From assembly GCA_035692425.1 (NCBI GenBank), contig DASSHZ010000004.1:4461-68460 (forward strand): a stretch of DNA of 64,000 nt. The letters are read 5' to 3'. The notes below the pieces were generated by a model. The model was not told where the DNA came from. It saw only the letters and a list, made by a program, of their open reading frames with translations, and made no database searches. Position 1 is the first letter of the stretch; the number at the start of each line of letters is the position of its first letter. The translations under genes and the position numbers were made by a program. Origin of the DNA: Nocardioidaceae bacterium. GTDB taxonomy: Bacteria; Actinomycetota; Actinomycetes; Propionibacteriales; Nocardioidaceae. Of this stretch, positions 38,743 to 47,080 are shown in pieces.

Positions 38743-39653
38743 CCCTCGCGCTGGTGTCCGGCACGGGCCGCAGCGGTACGACGCTCGTCCAGGAGATCCT
38801 GTCGCGCCATCCCGCGGTCGGGTTCATCTCGGGGCTGGACGACAAGCTCCCCCGGCTGAACCTCGCCGGCCGGCTCAACGGCACCCTCTACCGCCGGACG
38901 GCCCCCCGCGACCCAAGGATGCGCGCGCTGACCGAGAGCGTCCGGGTGCTGGAGCGCGGCCGGACCCGGGTGGCGCCCTCGGAGGCCTACCGGCTCATCG
39001 ACCGCCAGGTGATGGCCGGCTTCTCCAAGCCGTGCCGCGACCTGTTGGCCGAGGACATGACCCCCTACCTGCAAGGTCGGTTCCGCGACTTCTTCGGCGC
39101 CCGGATGGCCGCGCAGGGCTGCCAGGTGCTCCTACAGCACCTAACGGGCTGGCCGCGAACCGGGTTCCTGCGGGCTGCCTTCCCAGACCTCAAGGTGGTC
39201 AACGTGGTGCGGGATGGCCGGGCGGTGGCCAGCTCGTGGCTCCAGATGGGCTGGTGGGACGGCTGGCAAGGTCCCGACAAGTGGATCTACGGCCCACTGC
39301 CGGCCGACCTCCGAGCCGACTGGGAGGCCGCCGACCGGTCCTTCGTCGTCCTCGCGGCGCTGGGCTGGAAGATGCTCATGCGCGCCTTCGCCGACGCCCG
39401 CGAGCTGTGCCCGCCCGGGCAGTGGATCGACATCCGCTACGAGGACCTGATCGACGACCCCAGGCACCACGTCCGGCTCATGCTGGACTTCCTCGAGCTC
39501 GACTGGAGCCCGCGGTTCGAGGCGGGGCTCGCCCGGCACATTATCCACCGCGGTCGCAGCCAGTCGTTCCGCCGCGAGCTCACCGCAGCCCAGGTGGCGG
39601 CCATGGACCGAGTGCTCGCCGAGCCGCTGCAGGAGTGGGGCTATCTAGACTGA
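38739..39653 (+). CDS. Sulfotransferase-family protein (ST5)
   Basis: LVSGTGRSGTTLVQEIL and NVVRDGRAVASSW. ATGA overlap with ST4. Confidence 0.8.
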   Translation: MTLALVSGTGRSGTTLVQEILSRHPAVGFISGLDDKLPRLNLAGRLNGTLYRRTAPRDPRMRALTESVRVLERGRTRVAPSEAYRLIDRQVMAGFSKPCRDLLAEDMTPYLQGRFRDFFGARMAAQGCQVLLQHLTGWPRTGFLRAAFPDLKVVNVVRDGRAVASSWLQMGWWDGWQGPDKWIYGPLPADLRADWEAADRSFVVLAALGWKMLMRAFADARELCPPGQWIDIRYEDLIDDPRHHVRLMLDFLELDWSPRFEAGLARHIIHRGRSQSFRRELTAAQVAAMDRVLAEPLQEWGYLD

Positions 39654-39780
39654 CCGCCCGGCCGAAGGCTCGCCACCAGGCCGTCCCGCAGCTCCGACCC
39701 GTGACGTGCCGCAGCCCCCGCCGATCGGAACAACGAGTCACGCGCCCAACTTCCAATTGCGGTCCAAGTAGCGTCGAAGC

Positions 39781-40371
39781 TCAGTCGCAGTCTTCGAAGA
39801 ATGTCGTCCATGCATTGGCAGCCAAGCTGTAAACGCCGACGAATGAGCACTGCATCGCCGCACCATCGGGCAGCGGGGCCGGTCCATACGATACAGGCGC
39901 CACGCCCGAATATGTCACGACCCAGGCGGGGTACTCGGCCCCGGGCTGCAGCCCCGGGTAGGTCGGTTCGCTTTCAGTAACCGAATAAAGAGCGACCGAA
40001 GGGGATTCACTCGTCAGCGCCGCCCCTAAGAAATTGGCCGGTACTTCCTGCCGCCGGAATGAGGCTAGCGCATCGGCCGCCGTTATGGAAGGGCTTAGAC
40101 TAGGTGGCGGTGGTGCAAGCGTGACTCCCTCCCCAGGGAAAGTTACGGTCACCGCCTGATCTGTCCGATGTGGTCGCACTGAACGATCCGGAACTGCTGC
40201 AGCGCTATATCCAGACAGGGTCTGCTGCATGTGTGAATTGGGGTTGGACCCGACCGAAGGCCGCTGCCCCTTTGGCATGGCGAAGGCCCAAGCTGCCAAA
40301 AGGATGATTGCAGTGCCCGCCACGGCCCCGCCGAGGAGGACGCCACGCACTGTGGAGACTCTCTTCTCCAT
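39781..40371 (-). CDS. Hypothetical membrane-anchored protein (low-GC islet)
   Basis: Strong RBS AGGAGAG 7 nt upstream of ATG 40371. One TM (GVLLGGAVAGTAIILLAAWAF). Sampled lines give 55-67% G+C. Confidence 0.5.
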   Translation of the reverse strand: MEKRVSTVRGVLLGGAVAGTAIILLAAWAFAMPKGQRPSVGSNPNSHMQQTLSGYSAAAVPDRSVRPHRTDQAVTVTFPGEGVTLAPPPPSLSPSITAADALASFRRQEVPANFLGAALTSESPSVALYSVTESEPTYPGLQPGAEYPAWVVTYSGVAPVSYGPAPLPDGAAMQCSFVGVYSLAANAWTTFFEDCD

Positions 40372-40514
40372 AGTTACTCTCCTAGGAAACCACCATTCAT
40401 CCAACTTTGACGTCATGCCGAATCGGTGAAGATCTTGAAGCCAGGGCAGGATCCGCTGAATTGATTATACCAACGTTCCCCATCTGCGCGAGTGTTGCTC
40501 CCTTGATTCTGCTT

Positions 40515-41204
40515 CTACAGTGTGTTACAGGGATACGCTATCCAGGTATCATCGCTCGCGCGCTCTCCGTGGAGGTTAGAGAACACCGTGGGCGAAGTCG
40601 AATTTCCGGGTATGTCACTAGCCAGATATACTGCTTCACCTTCGAATTGTGGAGAGAACGGATATTGCCAGTCGGTATATGGGTCCCACTTAGACTGAAG
40701 GTATAGCATCCCATCAACCTTGCTTGTAACGCGGTCACAAGTCGGATCCCAGCGTCCGTAGTAGGTGTAAGCTGACCCATACGTTACGCATGAAGACCCA
40801 AATCGCGTCTGCAAATTCGTGGATCCATTAAATTGCTGAGCGAAAAAGTAGGTACAGCTATCATACCAACGGGTATATCCTGACTGTGCCCAGCCCAAGT
40901 CGTTACCACTGGCGATCATCGCGTACGGATTTTGAAAATTGTTTTCGGTTTGGTCCGTATCACAGACAGCACCGTACCGCGTCTCGATCTTGGCGTAGGC
41001 CCCTTCCCAGGAGCCCGTGCCATAAGGCTGAGTGTAGCCATCGTGATAGTTGAACTTGCTGGTCGACCCACATGTGTATACTTCAGCCTGAGCCGGGCTG
41101 GTAGCCACGGAGATTGTTGGCGCAATGAATGCGACCAGGCTGAGAACTACAAGCAGGACGCGGAACTGTGTTGACAGACTGCCCACGCCCAACTCGTGCC
41201 TCAA
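40515..41204 (-). CDS. Hypothetical secreted Cys/Tyr/Trp-rich protein (low-GC islet); start TTG 41204 or GTG 41186
   Basis: Signal peptide ...LVAFIAPTISVATSPAQA. Sampled lines give 42-55% G+C against ~73% for neighbours. Confidence 0.6.
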   Translation of the reverse strand: MRHELGVGSLSTQFRVLLVVLSLVAFIAPTISVATSPAQAEVYTCGSTSKFNYHDGYTQPYGTGSWEGAYAKIETRYGAVCDTDQTENNFQNPYAMIASGNDLGWAQSGYTRWYDSCTYFFAQQFNGSTNLQTRFGSSCVTYGSAYTYYGRWDPTCDRVTSKVDGMLYLQSKWDPYTDWQYPFSPQFEGEAVYLASDIPGNSTSPTVFSNLHGERASDDTWIAYPCNTL

Positions 41205-41488
41205 GCAGCCCGCCCTCCTCGTTTCAACAGGGCCAATCTGCAGGACGGGGTAGCCGCGCCCCTAGGAACTGTCAAGCGCCCGCGTTGACTCACGAGAGCT
41301 GTACGCGAAACCGGCTCATCGGAGTTGAGGGTGGGTGAGTTTCCGGGCGGCGAGGATACGCCGACTGGCTCGACGATGCTCGCGCAAGCTCGTCGCGAAG
41401 AGGAAGAGGTCGAGAGCGTCGCTTGGGGAGTTGTGCGTGGGAGGTCCCCCACCAGCGGGCGGACTCGGGCATTTGCGGCTTGAGCTGC

Positions 41489-42766
41489 TCAGTGCCCGGG
41501 GCAGGCGGCGAGCTGGGCGGAGAAGGCGGCGATCTGCTGGGTAGACAGATCGGACCCGTTCGAGGTCAGCTCGAACTGGCAGACGTTGAGCGCGATGGCG
41601 TACGGGATGACGAAAGCGTCGTTGCAGCTGGCCGAGCCGAGCTTGCGCTGGCAGCCGCGCTGCACGTTCGACGGTCCGCCGGCGACTTTCATCCAGGAGA
41701 ACAGGTCCGGCGCCGCCGACGGGCTGCCGCTGTAGGTGCTCGTCTGGCTCGCCATGCCGTGGTAGTTGGGCACGAACTGACCGCCGTAGGTGGCGCGGAA
41801 CGCATCCATGAGGTCGCGCTCTTTGGGCCACGAGCTCTCGATGCCGCCGGGCTTCGGGATCTGCCAGCCGACGTTGTCGCCGAGGTCGATCCGGGTGTGT
41901 GGCATGGCGGCCGCCTGGTCGGCCATCGACCGCTCCATGCAGTGGTACTCCCCGGCCTCGCTGTCGCCGGCCGCGGCAAGCGCCGCACCGACTGTCGGGC
42001 CGCCCTTGATGAACGGCTCGGACCAGGCCGTCGTACAGGCGGCGTTGGAGACCATCAGCACCCGCGGGTTGCCGTCGTAGCGGTCCCCGATCGCCTGGAC
42101 GAGCTGCTGGTAGAGGTCAAGGAACGAGTCGGTCCAGTATCGGGGGACGCAGAGGGCCTGGCGGTTGTAGCTGCTCACCGCGCGGACGCACGGCCCGACG
42201 ATCGAGTTCACCCAGCTCGGGGTGCTGGTGCCGGCGAAGAGCCGCACAGTCACGGTCGTGCTCGGCGGGTAGGTGCTCAGCCACTTGTCGATCAGGCCCC
42301 AGGAGAAGGTCCCCCTGACCGGCTCAAGCTCTGCCCAGGTGACCTTAACCCGCACCGACGACGGCACCCGCCCTCCGGTCCGGCCGGCCACCCAGTTAAG
42401 GCCGACCGGTGCCGCCTTCAGGCTGCCCGGCCCGGGGCCGCGGGAGGACGGCTGGGAGTGCGTCTGTGGTTCACCGGAGGTGCTCGGTGGCGAGGTGGTC
42501 CCGGGCGACGTCGACCTCGGTGCGGTTGTGGGCGTGGCCGGGCGGGCAGATCGGCCGGTCGGTCGCGGCGGGCGATGGGCGTGAGTGTGGTGGCTGCTGG
42601 GTGGGCGGAACGTGGTCCTGGCGCTCGGGCTCGGCGGCGCGCGTCGTACGTCGGACACCAGGCTCTGCCCGCGACGCGACGGATGGGCGGTCGGCCCGGC
42701 GCCGACGCTGGCACTCACGGCGATGACCGCTGCCGCGACGGCCAGCGCGCCGATGATGCTCTTCAC
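41489..42766 (-). CDS. Secreted protein with Pro/Ser/Thr-rich linker and glycoside-hydrolase-like domain
   Basis: Signal peptide, ~110-aa P/S/T/R-rich spacer, then VKVTWAELEPVRGTFSW. This is the same W..(V/L)EPV+G.F.W motif as in the 33132-34649 protein. Confidence 0.55.
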   Translation of the reverse strand: MKSIIGALAVAAAVIAVSASVGAGPTAHPSRRGQSLVSDVRRAPPSPSARTTFRPPSSHHTHAHRPPRPTGRSARPATPTTAPRSTSPGTTSPPSTSGEPQTHSQPSSRGPGPGSLKAAPVGLNWVAGRTGGRVPSSVRVKVTWAELEPVRGTFSWGLIDKWLSTYPPSTTVTVRLFAGTSTPSWVNSIVGPCVRAVSSYNRQALCVPRYWTDSFLDLYQQLVQAIGDRYDGNPRVLMVSNAACTTAWSEPFIKGGPTVGAALAAAGDSEAGEYHCMERSMADQAAAMPHTRIDLGDNVGWQIPKPGGIESSWPKERDLMDAFRATYGGQFVPNYHGMASQTSTYSGSPSAAPDLFSWMKVAGGPSNVQRGCQRKLGSASCNDAFVIPYAIALNVCQFELTSNGSDLSTQQIAAFSAQLAACPGH

Positions 42767-42977
42767 ATACCCTCCCGCGGCTCCTCCGGCAGACCAACAA
42801 CGTAAGGAGCGCTTCGCCCCGATCCGGTCTGGACACGCCGCAGTTGTGGATTGGCCCGGGACGCACAGGGCGGCGAGCCGATCGCGACGTCACTGCAGCA
42901 GGCAGGCCCTTCTCGACCCGGACGGCCGGCAAACGCGTACGGTGCAGGGGAGGCGCAGAAGGGAAACCAGCGCAGAT

Positions 42978-45500
42978 ATGGCGGCACGCAACGGCTACGA
43001 CGCCGACGGGCCGGACCCGCCCGCCGGCGGACCCGCGAAGGTCGGCCGCGCCGGGGCGCCGGCCGGCCGGCGCCCGGCCCGTGCCCGGGGGCTGGGGCGA
43101 CGACGGTCGGCCGCCGACCTCGGCCGGCTCGGGCGCCGCAGCCGTTATGCGCGGCTGCGCCAATCGATCGGCCGCCACCCCGCCGACCTGGCCCGGATGG
43201 CGGTGGCAGCAGGAGTCGTGCTCGGCTGCGTGGTGGTAGCCCTCCGGCCCGGGGTCAACCCGGTCGAGTCGGCGATCTTCGACCAGGTCGAGGCGCTCCC
43301 GAACTGGTCGTCGGGGGTATGGTCCGTGGTCGCGTGGTACGGCTCCTGGCCTGGGATCGTGCTGACCGCCGGACTCGCCCTGTATCTGGGTCGGCTGCGG
43401 CTAGGGGCCGCGCTTTGCGGCTCGGCTGTCCTCAGCTGGGTGCTCGCGTTGGTCATCCAATGGTTGGCGGGTCCACGGCCGGTCCCACCAGCGCTGTTCG
43501 AGGTCACCAGCCGACTGCCGGGCCCCCCGGGGTTCGAGTTCCCGGCCGTCGAGCTGGCGGTCGCGGCGGCCCTTGCCACGTCCGCCGGCCCCTACGTGAC
43601 CCGCTGGGTGCGCAACACCGCGTGGGTCGCGGTCGTGCTGGTTGCGGTGGCGGACGTGTTCCTCGGCCGCAACCTACCGCTGGGGGTGTTCGCCGGGGCG
43701 GTCCTCGGCTGGGGCGCGGGCACGTTCTTCCACCTGACGCTGGGGGCGCCCGGTCGGCGTACCTCGGACGCGGCGGTGCTCCTGGCCCTGCGGCAGTGCG
43801 GGATCGAGGATGCCCACGTCACGCCGGTGCCGCGCCCGTTCCTGCGGCCGCAGCTGTACGACGTGGCGACGCGTTCGGGCGAGCAGCTGCAGATGAAGGT
43901 GGTCCGCCGGCTGCACCGGCTGGCGGGACCGGCGTACCGGGTCCGGCGACTGCTCGCCTCGCTGGACGTCCAGCATGAGCCGGACCTGACGACGCCGCGC
44001 CACGAGGTCGAGCACGAGGCCTACGTCACCCTCCTGGCCGAGCGAGCCGGCGTACGCACGTTGCCGATCCTGCTCGCCGGGGAGATCGAGCACGGTCCGC
44101 CGTTCCTGATCCGCCGGCACGTGGCCGGCCACCCGCTCTCGCAGCTGACCCCGAGCGCGATCAGCGACTCCCTCCTCGACGAGCTGTGGCACGACGTCCT
44201 CGCCCTGCGGGCTGCCCGGATCACCCACCACGACCTCCGGGCCAAGAACATCGTGGTCGACGAGCGCGGCCATCCCCGCATCGCCGACTTCACGTTCAGC
44301 CGGGTCGGCGGCCCGGGGGCCCAGAGCTCACAGGACGCCGCCGAGATGCTCGTGTCCGTCGCCTCGGTGGTCGGCGTACCGCGAGCGGTCGAGAGTGCGG
44401 TGCGGGCACTGCCGGCGGACCTGCTGCGGGAGGCACTTCCTGACCTGCAGTGGCTGGCGCTGCACACCCACCTCCGTCGGCAGCTGCGGGACGGTCGAGG
44501 GTCCCTGGCTGACCTACGCGAGGCGCTGGCCGAGCGCATCGGGGAGCCGCTGCCAGGCTTCCGGTCTCCGGTCCGCCCGGCCACGCTCGCGGTGCTGCTT
44601 GCGGGTGGCCTCGCCGTCTACCTGCTGCTCCCCCAGATCTCCAGCCTCAGCCGCGTGGTCGGCTCCTTCGCGACCGCCGACTGGCGGTGGCTCCTGCTTG
44701 CCGCGGTACTGGGGCAGCTGACGACGCTGGCCGCCGCGCTGACCATGATCGCCTCGAGCCGGAAGCCGGTCCCGTGGCTGAAGACGACCGCCGTCCAGGT
44801 GGCCGCCACGTTCACCGGTCGCACGACCGCGGCCGGCGTCGGCTTCTACGGGATCAACCTCGTCTACCTCGAACGGCTCGGGCTGCGCCGGGCCAACGCG
44901 GTAGGGGTGCTGCTCATCAACCGCGCGGTGATGGGCCTGGTCAGCGCCGTGCTGACGGTGCTCGGCATACTCGTGATCGGCGACGCCGTACCGGTCGGCC
45001 AGGTCAGGGTGCCGAACGGCTGGCCGCTGTGGCTCGGCGTCGGGCTGGCCGGTCTGGCCGCGGTCGCGATAATGGCCTCACCGTTCGGCCGGGCCCGGCT
45101 GCTGCGACCCGGGTTGCGGGCGGCGCGGGACGTCGGGGCCGACCTGCTGCCTACGCTGCGGCACCCCGCCCGGGCCACCGCGCTGGTGGGGGGATCGGTT
45201 GCCTTTCTGGTGCTGTCGGCGCTGGGGCTCGTTGCCACGCTGCTGGCTTTCCAGTCGAGCTTCCCGCTGCTGGCCGTCATGGCCGTCTTCATTGTCGGGT
45301 CGACGCTCGGCCAGCTGGCGCCCACGCCTGGCGGGCTCGGGGCGGTGGAAGGGGCACTGGTCGCCGGGCTGACCGCGATCGGCATCGGCCCGACGGAGGC
45401 GGTCGCCGCCGTGTTGGCCTCGCGGCTGCTGACGTTCTGGCTCCCGGTGCTACCCGGCATCGTCGCCTTCCGGTTGCTGCAGCACCAGGGGGTGGTCTGA
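42978..45500 (+). CDS. Three-module membrane protein: degenerate PAP2-like TM domain + protein-kinase-like (Kdo/RIO-like) domain + LPG-synthase-TM (MprF flippase-like) domain
   Basis: PAP2-like remnants (GPRPVP ... FPAVE ... GRNLPLGVFAGAVLGWG). Kinase core (LQMKVV, HEVEHEAYV, ITHHDLRAKNIVVDERGHPRIADF). C-terminal polytopic region ending in APTPGGLGAVEGALV. Confidence 0.7.
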   Translation: MAARNGYDADGPDPPAGGPAKVGRAGAPAGRRPARARGLGRRRSAADLGRLGRRSRYARLRQSIGRHPADLARMAVAAGVVLGCVVVALRPGVNPVESAIFDQVEALPNWSSGVWSVVAWYGSWPGIVLTAGLALYLGRLRLGAALCGSAVLSWVLALVIQWLAGPRPVPPALFEVTSRLPGPPGFEFPAVELAVAAALATSAGPYVTRWVRNTAWVAVVLVAVADVFLGRNLPLGVFAGAVLGWGAGTFFHLTLGAPGRRTSDAAVLLALRQCGIEDAHVTPVPRPFLRPQLYDVATRSGEQLQMKVVRRLHRLAGPAYRVRRLLASLDVQHEPDLTTPRHEVEHEAYVTLLAERAGVRTLPILLAGEIEHGPPFLIRRHVAGHPLSQLTPSAISDSLLDELWHDVLALRAARITHHDLRAKNIVVDERGHPRIADFTFSRVGGPGAQSSQDAAEMLVSVASVVGVPRAVESAVRALPADLLREALPDLQWLALHTHLRRQLRDGRGSLADLREALAERIGEPLPGFRSPVRPATLAVLLAGGLAVYLLLPQISSLSRVVGSFATADWRWLLLAAVLGQLTTLAAALTMIASSRKPVPWLKTTAVQVAATFTGRTTAAGVGFYGINLVYLERLGLRRANAVGVLLINRAVMGLVSAVLTVLGILVIGDAVPVGQVRVPNGWPLWLGVGLAGLAAVAIMASPFGRARLLRPGLRAARDVGADLLPTLRHPARATALVGGSVAFLVLSALGLVATLLAFQSSFPLLAVMAVFIVGSTLGQLAPTPGGLGAVEGALVAGLTAIGIGPTEAVAAVLASRLLTFWLPVLPGIVAFRLLQHQGVV

Positions 45501-45557
45501 GCCTGACCCGCGCGTGCCGGCCGCACGGCGCCGGCGAACCAGGTCCGGCGAGGGCCC

Positions 45558-46838
45558 TCAGGTGGTCCGCACCAACGCGATGCCGGTGCGGCCCCGGGGA
45601 CCCGGACGGACGGCCAGGGTCTGGTTGACCCGGATCATCCCGCGGTCGAAGCCGACCGCGGACAGCGCCATGTAGAGCCGCCAGACCCGGGCCCGGCCCT
45701 CCGACGTCTCCCTGACGCAGGCAGCCCAGTTGCGCTCGATGTTGGCGACCCATGCCCGCAGGGTGAGTGAATAGTGCTCACGCAGGTTCTGTACGTCGCG
45801 CACCTCCAAGCCGGCCCGTTCGAGACGCGACACGACCGTGGCGAGCGGCAGCAGGTCGCCGTCGGGGAAGACGTAGGCGTCCACGAACGTCCGTCGCTTG
45901 GCCGTCGGCCCGGGCCGCCCGGCGATCTGGTGGTTCAGCACCCGCCCGCCCGGGCGGAGCAGGTCGTGCAGCGCGCCGGCGTACTCGGAGAACCGATCCT
46001 CGCCCACGTGCTCGGCCATCCCGATGCTCGAGATCGCGTCGAACGGCGGGTCGGTCAGGTCCCGCCAGTCCTGCACCCGGATGTCGACCTGGTCCTGCAG
46101 CGCTGCCTCCGCCACCCGCTTCTGGGCGAACTCCGCCTGCTGCTCCGACAAGGTGATGCCCACCACCTCGACGCCGTACTCGCGCGCCGCGTGCACGGCG
46201 AACGAGCCCCAGCCGCAGCCCACGTCGAGCAGCCGCATGCCCTCGTGCAGGGCCAGCTTGCGACAGACCAGGTCCAGCTTGTCCTGCTGTGCGTCATCAA
46301 GGGTGTACGACGGGTCGTCCGCCCGCGTCCAGTACGCGCAGGAGTAGACCATCGAGTCACCGAGCACCAGACGGTAGAACTCGTTGCCGACGTCGTAGTG
46401 GCTGCGGACCGCGAGCTTGTCGCGCGCCTTCGAGTGCTTCTCGCCGTGTAGCCGGATCTCCTCGGGTGGCGGCTTGGGCGCCGGCCCGACCGCTCCGAGC
46501 AGGAATGCTCTACCCAGTAGGCGGCCCCGGTCGCGGAGCGAGAGCCGCGGCCGCCGTCCGATGTGCTCCCCCAGCTCGGCCGCACTGCCGAGCGCCTCAA
46601 GCAGGTCCCCACCGCTGTCGACTTCGCCCGCCACATAAGCCCGGCCGAGGCCCAGCTCGCCCGGGTCCCACATGAGGCGGCGCAGCGCTCGCCGCGAACG
46701 CAACACGAGGACCGGCGCATCCAGCGGCCCTGCCTCGGTGCCGTCCCAGGCTCGCAGCCGAACCGGGACGTCAGCTCCCGTCACCAGCCGGAGCAGCTCG
46801 TACAGCCTGGCTGCCGCCGTGCCTCGCCGCCGTCTCAC
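45558..46838 (-). CDS. Cyclopropane-fatty-acyl-phospholipid synthase-family SAM methyltransferase
   Basis: SHYDVGNEFY, LLDVGCGWGS and YSLTLRAW motifs. GTG 46838 is preceded by GGGAGG. Confidence 0.85.
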   Translation of the reverse strand: MRRRRGTAAARLYELLRLVTGADVPVRLRAWDGTEAGPLDAPVLVLRSRRALRRLMWDPGELGLGRAYVAGEVDSGGDLLEALGSAAELGEHIGRRPRLSLRDRGRLLGRAFLLGAVGPAPKPPPEEIRLHGEKHSKARDKLAVRSHYDVGNEFYRLVLGDSMVYSCAYWTRADDPSYTLDDAQQDKLDLVCRKLALHEGMRLLDVGCGWGSFAVHAAREYGVEVVGITLSEQQAEFAQKRVAEAALQDQVDIRVQDWRDLTDPPFDAISSIGMAEHVGEDRFSEYAGALHDLLRPGGRVLNHQIAGRPGPTAKRRTFVDAYVFPDGDLLPLATVVSRLERAGLEVRDVQNLREHYSLTLRAWVANIERNWAACVRETSEGRARVWRLYMALSAVGFDRGMIRVNQTLAVRPGPRGRTGIALVRTT

Positions 46839-47080
46839 AATCCACCTCCCGGCAATCTCGCACCGAACTGCCCACGGTGTCGGGTGAAGGAGATGCTCTT
46901 CGCGTCCACCAACCTCCGACGCAGGACACTGGGTCGATTCTGCTCTGGCCCCCGCGGACGCGCAGGTCGGCGCCATCCTCCTGTCCGGGTGGCCAGGACG
47001 GTACCGAGACTCGCGGCGTGCGGACAGCCCGCACTCCGGCCGCTCGCGGTCGGTCGGCCGGACGGCATAGGCTCGCGGCC

